Positions 1 to 9,070 of a DNA stretch of 64,000 nt are shown here, in pieces; position 1 is the first letter of the stretch; each line of letters starts with the position of its first letter. A program made the translations under genes and the position numbers. The DNA comes from an uncultured Acidobacteriota bacterium (GTDB lineage: Bacteria > Acidobacteriota > Vicinamibacteria > Vicinamibacterales > UBA2999), in contig CAVRUW010000009.1 of the NCBI GenBank assembly GCA_963724485.1, forward strand, positions 198,999 through 262,998. The letters run 5' to 3'. The notes below the pieces were generated by a model. It made no database searches, was not told where the DNA came from, and was given only the letters and a program-made list of their open reading frames with translations.

Positions 1-83
1 ATCGAGAACCCGGCGTCCGCGAGGACCTTCTGAGCTACGTGTCGCGTGATCCGGTCGTCATCAACGATCAGGATTCTGCTCAT
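1..83 (-). CDS. response regulator receiver protein (N-terminal part only; runs off the window start)
   Basis: The minus-strand ATG at 83..81 overlaps the TGA of the upstream histidine kinase (ATGA). The translation [27 protein letters not shown] is a canonical CheY-like receiver N-terminus. Confidence 0.6.
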   Translation of the reverse strand, partial: MSRILIVDDDRITRHVAQKVLADAGFS

Positions 84-3076
84 GAGCGCTTTCGCTTTCT
101 CGTAGACGATGAACTGCGAGGCTTTCGAATCGGGGAAGCGAGCCCAGCCCGAAGGAACTCCTGCTCGAGAAACGTGACCTGTCGGCTCAATGACTCGAGA
201 AACGGAGCTGCATCCGCGACGCGATGCGCACGCCCCAGCCGTTCGAGCTCGGCCGCCAGCCGACGCCCCTCTTGCCCGCCAATCGTCGCGATCGATCCCT
301 TCAAAGCATGCGCGGCCAGCGCGAGCGCTTCGTCATCACCCTTGTCGATCGCGCGCTTGATGGCTCGTAGCGACTTCGGACTGTCGGAGCGAAACAACGC
401 GACGATTTCCTTGAGCAATTCTCGATCGCCACCGGTATGCAGCAACGCCGCTTCTTCGTCGAAGATGACGGCCGAACGCTGGTCTGCCTCAGCAGGTTCA
501 GGGTCCTCGATGGGCTGGCGAGCGAATCCCTCGACCGTTGCAATGAGCTGATTCACGTCGATCGGTTTCGGAAGGTAGCCATCCATCCCGGCGTCGAGAC
601 AGCGCTCGCGGTCGCCCTTCATGGCATGCGCAGTGAGCGCGATGATTGGCAGGCGTGATGAGGTTGGGTGTTCGTTCGCGCGGATCGCGCGGGTCGCCTC
701 GATGCCGCCCATTTCCGGCATCTGAACGTCCATCAGGACGAGGTCGATGTCCTCTCTCGCCCTGCCGTCCAACGCGGCGAGGGCTTCGCGCCCATTCTCG
801 ACGGAACGGACGTCGTGACCACGCTTCTCGAGAAGCGTCGTCACGAGTTTCCGATTCACCAGATTGTCCTCGGCAACCAGTATCCGCAGCCGACGCTTCG
901 GCGCCTTGGCCGCTTGCGCCAGCGCTTGACTCACAATCTCGTCTTCCAAGGGCCGCCGCGTTGAAACGCCCACGCTGGAGGACAACGCCTCGAGAAGGTC
1001 GGAATGCTTGACTGGCTTGGTGAGGATGGCATCGACGCCGATGCGTCGACACCTTGCCGCATCTTCGGGACGGCCCACAGACGTCAGCATGACGATGGGT
1101 GTTTTCTCGAGGTCCTCATCGTCTTTGATGCTGCGAGCGAGTGCGAACCCGTCGACGTCGGGCATCTGGCAGTCGCAAACCACCACGTGAATCGGCTCGG
1201 CACGGAGCGCTTGACGCAGCCTGATCAGGGCCGTTGCCGAATCGGCCACTGATGCCGGCCGCATGTGCCAGCTCGCCAGCATCTCTTCGAGAATGCGTCG
1301 GTTCGTCGAGTTGTCGTCGACGATCAGCACTCTCAGCCCCTCGAGCGCCGCTGGACGGTCGATGACCGGGATCGCCGATGTGCGCTCGCGATCGAACACT
1401 GCGGTGAAATGAAACGTGCTGCCCTTTCCGACCGCGCTCTCGACCCACAGTCGACCACCCATCAGATCCACTAGCTTCCGCGCTATCGCGAGGCCGAGAC
1501 CCGTGCCGCCGTAGCGTCGGGTCGTCGAGCTATCGGCCTGGGTGAAGGCCTGGAAGATCTCTTCCTGTTTTTCCGGATCGATGCCTATTCCGGTGTCACG
1601 AACGCTAAACAACAGCGTGGCACTGGTCGGCATGAGCTTGCCGACTGACACCGAGAGCACTACCTCACCCTTGGACGTGAACTTGACGGCGTTACCAAGG
1701 ACGTTGATCAGGACCTGACGTAGTCGGCCCGCGTCTCCGACGAGGGCATTCGGAGCGCTCGCAGCGATGTCGACCGCCAGCTCGATCCCTTTTTCCGATG
1801 CGCGCAATGCCAACAGCTTCGCGGCATCGCCCACTGTTTCGCGCAAGTCGAACTCTTCGTGTTCGAGGTCGAGACGGCGGGCCTCGATCTTCGAAAAGTC
1901 GAGGATGTCGTTGATGATTTCGAGCAGCGACTCGCCGGAGGACCGGACCGTATTCAAGTATTCCTGTTGTTCGCCAGTGAGCGAGGTCCTGAGCGCCAGG
2001 TCTGTCATTCCGAGGATGGCATTGAGCGGCGTGCGGATCTCGTGGCTCATGTTGGCGAGAAACGCGCTTTTGGTTTCCGCTGCCTCTTCGGCCCGTCGTT
2101 TTGCGATCTCGAGCTCCTTGACGAGCTGAGCGAGCTCGACATGCGACGCTTCGAGGTCATGGGCATACCGCGACATCGTCTGCTCGGCAGCCTTGCGCTC
2201 GGTGATGTCGCGTGCCGCCGCGTAGAGCGCCTTCAACTCGGGAAACGTTGCGACCGACCACAGCAGCCAGCGGACGGTGCCGTCCTTGTGAAGGTAGCGA
2301 TTCTCGAAATAGACGAGGTCCTTTCCTTCGCGTAACCCTTGGGCGGCGGCCAGCGTCGCTTCGCGATCGTCGGGATGAACGAAGTCCATGTAGGGACGCG
2401 TGAGCAGATCCTCTTCGGTCCATCCGAGGACGCGTTCCCAAACCGGATTGACGCGTTTGAAATAGCCATCGAAGTCGGCGACACACAGCATGTCGAGGGA
2501 AAGTCTGAAGAACCGGTCGAGCTCGTCCTGCGCTCGGCGTCGATCGATGAACATCCCGATCTGATTGCCGACGGTCGTGAGCATCGCCAACAATTCTTGG
2601 TCGGGCTCGCGAATCTCGCGGCTGAAGAACTCCATGACGCCCAGGACCTCGTCGCGCAGCAGCACGGGAAATCCAAACGCCGCGTGGAGTCCCTCACGCG
2701 CACCAACGACAGCGCGAGGGAAGTTGGTGTCACGGGCGACGTCGGGAATCCACGCCGGTTCTGCAGTCGCCCAGACACGGCCGGGAAGGCCGATGCCGCG
2801 AGCAAACGTCATGCGGCGACTGACGGCGTTGAACTCGGGAAAGGCGGCAGACGCCGTCGTCCAAATCTCGGCGCAGCGCAGGGTGTCGGTTTCACGGTCG
2901 ACGATCCATAGCGCGCCGTGCTCCCAGCCGAGGGTCGAGCAGATGGTTTCGAGGATCTTGGGCGCTGCTTCCTCGAAGCTCGTCGCGTCGAGGAGGACAC
3001 GAGCGGCGACATACTCAGCGGTCAGCCGCCGCTCAGAAAACCGAGGGTCGCCGGGCCGTGCTGCCTCGCGGGTCAT
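80..3076 (-). CDS. hybrid sensor histidine kinase (GAF-PAS-HisKA-HATPase-REC-REC-HPt)
   Basis: 998-aa ORF with a GAF-like N-terminus and a PAS domain ([31 protein letters not shown]). It has the H-box [19 protein letters not shown] and ATPase boxes DTGIGI / GGTGLGLAI. Two receiver domains follow ([13 protein letters not shown]; [13 protein letters not shown]...[13 protein letters not shown]), then a C-terminal HPt motif HALKGS. Confidence 0.9.
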   Translation of the reverse strand: MTREAARPGDPRFSERRLTAEYVAARVLLDATSFEEAAPKILETICSTLGWEHGALWIVDRETDTLRCAEIWTTASAAFPEFNAVSRRMTFARGIGLPGRVWATAEPAWIPDVARDTNFPRAVVGAREGLHAAFGFPVLLRDEVLGVMEFFSREIREPDQELLAMLTTVGNQIGMFIDRRRAQDELDRFFRLSLDMLCVADFDGYFKRVNPVWERVLGWTEEDLLTRPYMDFVHPDDREATLAAAQGLREGKDLVYFENRYLHKDGTVRWLLWSVATFPELKALYAAARDITERKAAEQTMSRYAHDLEASHVELAQLVKELEIAKRRAEEAAETKSAFLANMSHEIRTPLNAILGMTDLALRTSLTGEQQEYLNTVRSSGESLLEIINDILDFSKIEARRLDLEHEEFDLRETVGDAAKLLALRASEKGIELAVDIAASAPNALVGDAGRLRQVLINVLGNAVKFTSKGEVVLSVSVGKLMPTSATLLFSVRDTGIGIDPEKQEEIFQAFTQADSSTTRRYGGTGLGLAIARKLVDLMGGRLWVESAVGKGSTFHFTAVFDRERTSAIPVIDRPAALEGLRVLIVDDNSTNRRILEEMLASWHMRPASVADSATALIRLRQALRAEPIHVVVCDCQMPDVDGFALARSIKDDEDLEKTPIVMLTSVGRPEDAARCRRIGVDAILTKPVKHSDLLEALSSSVGVSTRRPLEDEIVSQALAQAAKAPKRRLRILVAEDNLVNRKLVTTLLEKRGHDVRSVENGREALAALDGRAREDIDLVLMDVQMPEMGGIEATRAIRANEHPTSSRLPIIALTAHAMKGDRERCLDAGMDGYLPKPIDVNQLIATVEGFARQPIEDPEPAEADQRSAVIFDEEAALLHTGGDRELLKEIVALFRSDSPKSLRAIKRAIDKGDDEALALAAHALKGSIATIGGQEGRRLAAELERLGRAHRVADAAPFLESLSRQVTFLEQEFLRAGLASPIRKPRSSSSTRKRKRS

Positions 3077-3118
3077 GTCAAACGCTTACGCCTTCTCTCA
3101 GATTCTGCGACGACGGGC

Positions 3119-3147
3119 GCATAAAAGGGGACTGTCCCCTTTTATGC
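3119..3147. repeat. 29-nt perfect palindrome GCATAAAAGGGGAC-T-GTCCCCTTTTATGC (copy 1 of 3)
   Basis: Read directly from the sequence. The same 25-nt core ATAAAAGGGGACNGTCCCCTTTTAT recurs at 8963..8991 and 9010..9040. It lies between a minus-strand stop (3188) and the next minus-strand start (3076). Confidence 0.85.
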
Positions 3148-3187
3148 AGTTGACACTCTTTGTCACACAGCGTGTCGGCGGGGGCGG

Positions 3188-4438
3188 CTATTGCGACCGC
3201 CCGCGTGCGGTCACGGGCCAGACCCCGACGACGCGATCATTTCGGGTCACGTACATTTGGTCGTAGAGATTCACGACCGGGTCGCAGTGAGGAACGATCA
3301 GCTCGAGCCGGTCGCCGATCTTGTAGCTCTTCGACGCCTCTTTCACGGTGATGACGCCAAACTCGTCGGACCCCGCGTTGTAGTCCATGTGCGGCTCGCC
3401 GATGACGCCCGCCCGCGGCGTGTTGAGCGTGAGCGCCTTGGCACCCGCATCGGTCGTCAGTCGGCCAGGGAATCGGTTGTTGAGAATCGTCGTCAACACG
3501 GTCAGCGACGTCGCGAAGTCGTTGTAGGTCGGTGAGCCATCCTCGCTGCCGATCGCGAGGTACTGCATGTCCATGAAGACATAGCTGCCAACCTGGACGT
3601 CGGTGAACCCGGGCGTCAGATGCTGCACGCTGTAGGTACCCGTGCCGCCGCCGCTGAAGATTTCCATGTTGAGACCGCCGGCTTTCAGCGCCTCGAACGT
3701 CTTCGCGTTCTCCTCCATGTTCTTCAGCGCCCGCTCCTTGCGCGCGGCGAATCCATCGACGTGTTGAGTCCCGCCGTCATACGACAGGACGCCGCGCAGT
3801 TTCAGATTCGGGAGCGTGTCGATCAGTTTGGCTAAAGCGATGGCGCCATCACCTGCGGGAATTCCGCTCCGCGTTCCGACTGCGACATCGATGACCACGT
3901 CGGCAACGACATCAGCTTCTTTCGCCGCCGCTGACAGATCCCGGGCATTCTGCTCTTCGTCGACCGCTTGAATGAAATGGGGAAAACGTTTCCGCAACTG
4001 CATCGCACGACGAATCTTGCTGACCGAGGGATTGCTGGTCGTCATGCAGATCCGGTCGATCCCGGCGCTGAGCAGCGACTCGGCTTCGCTGACCTTGGCG
4101 GTGCAAATGCCAATCGCCCCGGCCGCCAGCTGCAGCCGGGCGATGTCGGCTGACTTGTGGGTCTTCGCGTGCGGTCGAGTCGCGATGCCGTTCTTCTTCA
4201 CCACCGCCTGCATCTTGGCGATGTTGGCTTCGATCCGATCGAGATCGACACACAGCGCTGGCGTGTCCAGATCCCATTTCGAGATGCCAGTCTCGGCGCC
4301 CGTGGCACGAGCGAGCGCGGCTTGAACATCGCCGACGGAGTATCCGTTAACGACTCGAGGCATGTGCATAAGCGGGGCGACAACGACCGACGATGAGAGG
4401 AACGCGCGCCGTGAGATCGACCAGGATCCTGTGCTCAT
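3188..4438 (-). CDS. Tat-signal PLP enzyme, alanine-racemase-fold D-threonine aldolase / D-serine dehydratase (DSD1-like) family
   Basis: ORF 3188..4642 trimmed to the ATG at 4438, giving MSTGSWSISRRAFLSSS, a twin-arginine motif. The PLP-lysine motif RPHAKTHK and the C-terminal HCDPVVNLYD are typical of this family. Confidence 0.75.
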   Translation of the reverse strand: MSTGSWSISRRAFLSSSVVVAPLMHMPRVVNGYSVGDVQAALARATGAETGISKWDLDTPALCVDLDRIEANIAKMQAVVKKNGIATRPHAKTHKSADIARLQLAAGAIGICTAKVSEAESLLSAGIDRICMTTSNPSVSKIRRAMQLRKRFPHFIQAVDEEQNARDLSAAAKEADVVADVVIDVAVGTRSGIPAGDGAIALAKLIDTLPNLKLRGVLSYDGGTQHVDGFAARKERALKNMEENAKTFEALKAGGLNMEIFSGGGTGTYSVQHLTPGFTDVQVGSYVFMDMQYLAIGSEDGSPTYNDFATSLTVLTTILNNRFPGRLTTDAGAKALTLNTPRAGVIGEPHMDYNAGSDEFGVITVKEASKSYKIGDRLELIVPHCDPVVNLYDQMYVTRNDRVVGVWPVTARGRSQ

Positions 4439-4497
4439 CTGCGACCTCCTGCGAAGCAGGGTCATCTTAACGCGAGCCGAGTCGTGAACGACCCGGT

Positions 4498-4995
4498 TCA
4501 AGCCATCTCTGGATTCAGCCGGAGATGATCGACTTGGTACTGAGCGTAGCGGCCATCGCTCAGGAAGATGGTGAAGATCTCGTGAACGATGTTGACCGCC
4601 TTCCGCACCCCGTATGCGGCGTGGTCGCCCTTGAGCGTGCAAACGAGTGAGACCACACCGCCGCGGTTGAGAATCTGAACGTGGAGCTTGCGGCGATCGA
4701 TCCGGCGATGCTCCGGACGCGCGCGAGAGTGCTGTTCGTGCAAAAACCCTCGTAAATCCTTGTCCATGGCCGATCTAGGCGGCACACCCGGAAAGAGGTC
4801 CTGAAAGACCAACCGGCGGGAGGCCGGCACGAACGTGACGGTGAACGCCAGATCGCGGAACCACGTGAAGCGAAACACCGAGACGCGGCCACGTGGGGCC
4901 GCCTCCGCGAAGCTGCGAAACGTACCGAGGTTTGCGTAGTGCTCGAGACTGTGACGAACGACGGCCTGGTCACGGCCCGCGGCACGAATCGCCAT
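4498..4995 (-). CDS. hypothetical protein (165 aa, Arg-rich, no recognised motif)
   Basis: The only long non-repetitive ORF filling the gap between two supported genes. There are no motifs I can name. Confidence 0.45.
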   Translation of the reverse strand: MAIRAAGRDQAVVRHSLEHYANLGTFRSFAEAAPRGRVSVFRFTWFRDLAFTVTFVPASRRLVFQDLFPGVPPRSAMDKDLRGFLHEQHSRARPEHRRIDRRKLHVQILNRGGVVSLVCTLKGDHAAYGVRKAVNIVHEIFTIFLSDGRYAQYQVDHLRLNPEMA

Positions 4996-5084
4996 CCCGT
5001 AACAACCTTACCCGAACATTACGTGACGGAATCCGTCCTCTTGACCGATACTGGTAGTCACAAACTTTTGCAATAGAGGAACCC

Positions 5085-6461
5085 ATGACTCGAGCGATCG
5101 CGGGAATTTCGGCGGTTTTCGGGATTGTCTTGGCCGGCACGCTGGCCGTGACCGCGCAGGGCCAGGCGACTGGTCAGGCGGCAGCCAGCCGGCCGGCGCA
5201 GTCCACGGCCGCCAATGCTCCCACCTACAGCAAGGACGTCGCACCCGTCCTATACAAGCACTGCACCACGTGCCATCGACCGGGCGAGATTGCGCCCATG
5301 TCGCTGATGACCTACGAAGAGGCACGGCCCTGGGCTCGCGCCATTCGCGAGAATGTCGTCAGCGGCGCGATGCCGCCGTGGCACGCGGATCCGGCTCACG
5401 GCAAGTGGCTCAACGATCGTCGTTTGTCCGATGCAGAGAAAGATGTCATCAGTCGCTGGGTCGCGGCTGGCGCGCCACAGGGCGATCCGAAGGATCTGCC
5501 GGCGAAGCCGGTGTACGCGGAGGGCTGGGCGATCGGCGAACCGGATCTCGTCGCGAAGATGGAAACCGCATTCGAAGTGCCCGTAAGCGGCACCATCCCT
5601 TACCAGTACTTTGAAGTGCCGACGAACCTCACCGAAGACAAATGGGTCGAAGCACTCGAAGTGCGTGCTGGCGATCGCTCGGTGGTCCATCACGTGTTGG
5701 TCTACGTGCGTCATCCTGGAATGACGGCACCGACGGTAGCCTTCCGGCCAGCGAATCCTCCGGGAGGTCCAGCGCCGCCGCAGCAAGAGGATCCGTCGCA
5801 ACTCACCGGTTCGTCGCGCCCTCCTTCCGGAGCGCGTCGCGGTCCACTCATGACGCAAATCGCGCCCGGGACGCCGCCGACCGTCTACGTCCCTGGAACC
5901 GGGCTCTTGCTCAAAGCAGGCTCCGTGCTCACGTTCCAGATTCACTACACGACCAACGGCAAGGCAGCATCGGATCGCAGCATGGTCGGTTTCAGGTTTT
6001 CGAAGGAACGTCCCACGATTGAAGTGCGAACCAACGCGATGATGAACCCACGCTTCATGATTCCAGCGGGAGCGGAAAATCATCCGGTCGAATCCGGGGT
6101 TTCATTTGTCGAAGACGTGACGATTTACGGACTGATCCCGCACACTCATCTGCGCGGCAAGAGCTGGAACTACACAATGACGTGGCCCGACGGCAAGACG
6201 GAGACGATTCTCGCCGTTCCGAAGTACGACTTCGATTGGCAGACCGAGTACGTGTTTGCGACGCCACTTCGCGTGCCGAAGGGTTCGGTCCTGAAGGCAG
6301 TCGCGGTCTACGACAACTCGAAGAACAACAAGTCGAACCCCGATTCGACCAAGGACGTCTACTGGGGCGACCAGACGTGGGAAGAGATGCAGTACACCGG
6401 CATCACTTTCAGCATCGACAAGGAACGCGCCACGACGACCGCATCGGGACAGAAGCAGTAG
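5085..6461 (+). CDS. exported cytochrome c domain fused to a PHM/DBH-like type II copper monooxygenase fold
   Basis: GAGGA lies 5 nt before the ATG, and there is a signal peptide. The heme-c motif is CTTCH. Copper-ligand-like motifs are HHVLVY, FQIHYT, PHTHLRGK and EEMQY, matching the CuH His3 / CuM His2Met pattern. Confidence 0.7.
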   Translation: MTRAIAGISAVFGIVLAGTLAVTAQGQATGQAAASRPAQSTAANAPTYSKDVAPVLYKHCTTCHRPGEIAPMSLMTYEEARPWARAIRENVVSGAMPPWHADPAHGKWLNDRRLSDAEKDVISRWVAAGAPQGDPKDLPAKPVYAEGWAIGEPDLVAKMETAFEVPVSGTIPYQYFEVPTNLTEDKWVEALEVRAGDRSVVHHVLVYVRHPGMTAPTVAFRPANPPGGPAPPQQEDPSQLTGSSRPPSGARRGPLMTQIAPGTPPTVYVPGTGLLLKAGSVLTFQIHYTTNGKAASDRSMVGFRFSKERPTIEVRTNAMMNPRFMIPAGAENHPVESGVSFVEDVTIYGLIPHTHLRGKSWNYTMTWPDGKTETILAVPKYDFDWQTEYVFATPLRVPKGSVLKAVAVYDNSKNNKSNPDSTKDVYWGDQTWEEMQYTGITFSIDKERATTTASGQKQ

Positions 6462-6468
6462 AACCTAC

Positions 6469-6625
6469 AGGCCTCAGAAACACAGAGATCAGAGAGGGGA
6501 AGGGATAGCCACGAAGGACACGAAGTCACGACGACAGATCCAAATGGTTCTTCGTGCTCTTCGTGTTCTTCGTGGTTTCGTTTTGTACCGTTCCGTGGTC
6601 TCTGTGTCTCTTAGGTCTGAGGCCT
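6469..6625. repeat. nested word-repeat hairpin element (outer CACAGAG-type arms, inner CACGAAG-type arms)
   Basis: The termini AGGCCTCAG (6469) and CTGAGGCCT (6625) are perfect inverted repeats. The outer arm cacagagatcagagag pairs with tctctgtgtctct. The inner arm gccacgaaggacacgaagtcacg pairs with ttcgtgctcttcgtgttcttcgtgg. Confidence 0.85.
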
Positions 6626-6646
6626 GATCCGTTTTAGAATGACTCG

Positions 6647-7867
6647 ATGACCAACCGGGTGGCCGCGTGGATGACCTTTGCGGCTGCGGCGCTCGCCGCG
6701 GTCATCGTGCTGAGCCCCTCTCCCGTCTACTCGCACAAGCCAATTACCACGAGTGTTCTCTTCAAGAACGAGATCGCGCAGATCTTCCAGCGCAAGTGTT
6801 TCCAGTGCCACTCCGAGAACAACCTCGGCGTTTCGCTGACGACCTATACCGATGCCAGGCCGTGGGCCCGCGCGATCCGGGAAGAGATTCTCGAGCGAAA
6901 GATGCCGCCCTGGACCGCCGTGCCCGGGTACGGGCACTTCTCGAATGACATCAGCCTCAGCGCGCGCGAGATGGAGATCGTTCTCTCGTGGACGGATGGC
7001 GGTGCACCAAGCGGAGTCCTCAAAGTCGACGAATCGACACCGCCGGTGTACGTGCCACCGGCACCCGCATGGGATCGAGGCACGCCGGACAAGGTAGTAC
7101 CGATCGGCGGCGGTCAATCCATCGACGCTGGCGCCCCCTTCGAGGTCAAACGCTTCGTCGTCGACACGGGGTTTGATGCTGCGAAACGTGTGCGTGCACT
7201 TGCGTTGAAGCAAGGCGACAGGCGCGTGGTTCGTCACGCCGCTTTCTACGAGAACGCAACCGGCCGATGGCTCGGCGCATGGACACCCTGGCAAACGATC
7301 GCGACTCTCCCCGAGGCCGGTGCGTATCGACTTCCGGCACGGGCTCAGATCCTGGTTGAGATCGGGTACTCAGGCACAACGGAAGCAGTCACCGACAAGA
7401 GCGAGCTGGGGTTGTACTTCGACACCGGTTCGGGTCCCAGCGTCGACTCGATGGCGCTGCGCTCGCCGGAAACTTCATTGCCCGCGGGTGCGACGGCGCA
7501 TCGGGTTCGGACGGAGACGAAGATCTCGGCCGCGGTTTCGGTCGTCGCGCTGTGGCCGACACCAACGGATGGCGCGCGCTCGATCGAGATCGCCACGACC
7601 TCGCCGGATGGCGTGGTCTCGCCGTTGCTGTGGATCAAGGATTTCCGACCGGAGTGGCGCTCGCCCTACGTCCTGTCCTCGCCGGTTTCGCTGCCCGTGG
7701 GGACCCGCGTCACGATGACGACGTACTTCGACAACCCCTCCGACAAGACGAGCGTCGCACGAGCCCAGGCGTGGCTGGCGGTGGTGGCGAGTGGGACGGG
7801 AGGGACGGGTAGGTCGGGTGGGGCAGGTAGGGCTAGTGGGTCGGCTCGGTCCGGCCTACTGCGGTGA
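6647..7867 (+). CDS. paralog of 5085..6461: cytochrome c domain plus a degenerate (ligand-less) PHM-like domain
   Basis: CFQCH, ARPWARAIREE, MPPW and SWTDGGAPSG align with the upstream gene. The Cu-ligand positions read RH / EIGY / LWPT instead. The 3' end overlaps the convergent gene by 12 nt. Confidence 0.65.
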   Translation: MTNRVAAWMTFAAAALAAVIVLSPSPVYSHKPITTSVLFKNEIAQIFQRKCFQCHSENNLGVSLTTYTDARPWARAIREEILERKMPPWTAVPGYGHFSNDISLSAREMEIVLSWTDGGAPSGVLKVDESTPPVYVPPAPAWDRGTPDKVVPIGGGQSIDAGAPFEVKRFVVDTGFDAAKRVRALALKQGDRRVVRHAAFYENATGRWLGAWTPWQTIATLPEAGAYRLPARAQILVEIGYSGTTEAVTDKSELGLYFDTGSGPSVDSMALRSPETSLPAGATAHRVRTETKISAAVSVVALWPTPTDGARSIEIATTSPDGVVSPLLWIKDFRPEWRSPYVLSSPVSLPVGTRVTMTTYFDNPSDKTSVARAQAWLAVVASGTGGTGRSGGAGRASGSARSGLLR

Positions 7868-8920
7868 CGCGTCACCAGGTCGCGGCGCCGCAAAGGTAAA
7901 CGACACCGTCGACAACCGATCGTTGCGTTGGAACTGCAGCCACGCGCGGTAGCGGCCCGGCTTCGGCAGCAGCGCATCGAAGATCACTTCCGGGCCACCG
8001 GTGGGACCAGCATTCGGATCCGGCTGCGTCTCCTCGCGCGGGTGCGCGTGCACGTAATCGGTCATGTCTTCGCTCAGGATCAACAGGTGACCCCAGGCGC
8101 CTAGGTATCGTTGGAGATCCGTGATCGGCGCATCGGTCTTTGCGTCGTTGAAACGGAAGACCAAATCGATCTCTTCACCACCAAGAAACTGCGTCTGCTC
8201 GTTGAGCAGCGAAACCTTCACACCATCGGCGGTCCTGACCCACGGCATGTCCGGCTTCAGCTTGGCTTGCGCGGCGGTGATATCGGGATCCGCACCGGCC
8301 GTCACGATCGGAGTCGCCGTGATCTGCGCACCGCCACCGCGAGCGAGAAAGTCCGAGAAGAGCACGTAGTGACCGGGCTTCGGCAACGTGTGCTCGATCG
8401 TGAACGAGCCGTCTTTGTGCGGCTCCGGATGAATGTGCGCGAACTCCTCGAGATCGCGGCTGATCACGAATAGATGAAACAGCTTGTCGTGCACGGTAGC
8501 GAACTCGCTCGCCTGTTCGCCGGTGATCGGATGATGGGCGGTGAAACGGAACTTGATCGGTGTCCCGGCTTTGATCACCTTCGGCGTCGTCTCGACGCGG
8601 AGACGGAAATCCGGCATCGTGATCGGGCTGCCGGCGACAAGCTCCATGTCGCAGCGAGGGCACCTGCCAGGCGTTGCCGACATGACGTCAGGGTGCATAG
8701 GACAGACGTACACGCTCGCCGGGGCGGCCACGAGCTCCATGCCACATCGCGGGCACTTGCCCGGGACGGCCGACATGACGTCCGGGTGCATGGGGCAAAC
8801 ATAAACGGCGGCCGTCTGCCCTTCGCCGATGGGTGCCTGCTGGCTGGCGTGGCTGTGGACTGACAGGGCCGACGCGCCGATCGTCGCCACGAGCAGGAGA
8901 CTGGCCCAAACTTGTCGCAC
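7856..8920 (-). CDS. exported heavy-metal-binding-domain protein (two CPMHP...CPRC modules)
   Basis: ORF 7856..9010, whose first 30 codons read through the palindromic repeats. The in-frame GTG at 8920 gives the signal peptide VRQVWASLLLVATIGASALSVHSHA. It has tandem VYVCPMHPDVMS..PG.CPRC.MELV modules and then two His-rich repeats (FAHIHPEPH, YVHAHPRE). Confidence 0.7.
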   Translation of the reverse strand: MRQVWASLLLVATIGASALSVHSHASQQAPIGEGQTAAVYVCPMHPDVMSAVPGKCPRCGMELVAAPASVYVCPMHPDVMSATPGRCPRCDMELVAGSPITMPDFRLRVETTPKVIKAGTPIKFRFTAHHPITGEQASEFATVHDKLFHLFVISRDLEEFAHIHPEPHKDGSFTIEHTLPKPGHYVLFSDFLARGGGAQITATPIVTAGADPDITAAQAKLKPDMPWVRTADGVKVSLLNEQTQFLGGEEIDLVFRFNDAKTDAPITDLQRYLGAWGHLLILSEDMTDYVHAHPREETQPDPNAGPTGGPEVIFDALLPKPGRYRAWLQFQRNDRLSTVSFTFAAPRPGDASPQ

Positions 8921-8962
8921 TATCTGCTGATTGTAGGAACTTTCCGCCAGCCGCGCCAACTT

Positions 8963-8991
8963 GCATAAAAGGGGACAGTCCCCTTTTATGC
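8963..8991. repeat. 29-nt perfect palindrome GCATAAAAGGGGAC-A-GTCCCCTTTTATGC (copy 2)
   Basis: Read directly from the sequence. Identical to copy 1 except for the central base. Confidence 0.85.
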
Positions 8992-9009
8992 AGGTGACCA
9001 GTTTCGTCA

Positions 9010-9040
9010 ATGAATAAAAGGGGACAGTCCCCTTTTATTC
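9010..9040. repeat. 31-nt perfect palindrome TGAATAAAAGGGGAC-A-GTCCCCTTTTATTCA (copy 3)
   Basis: Read directly from the sequence. It lies 18 nt from copy 2 and has the same 25-nt core. Confidence 0.85.
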
Positions 9041-9070
9041 ATTCGTAGTGCGCGGGGACGATGACGGAGA

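Noticed and set aside
39-551. 170-aa plus-strand ORF at the window start.
   Set aside because: It is antisense to the HPt and receiver region of the histidine kinase. It has a low-complexity Ser/Ala/Arg composition.
8640-8800. Direct DNA repeat of about 96 nt.
   Set aside because: It is the in-frame duplication encoding the two CPMHP...CPRC metal-binding modules of one protein, not an independent repeat element.
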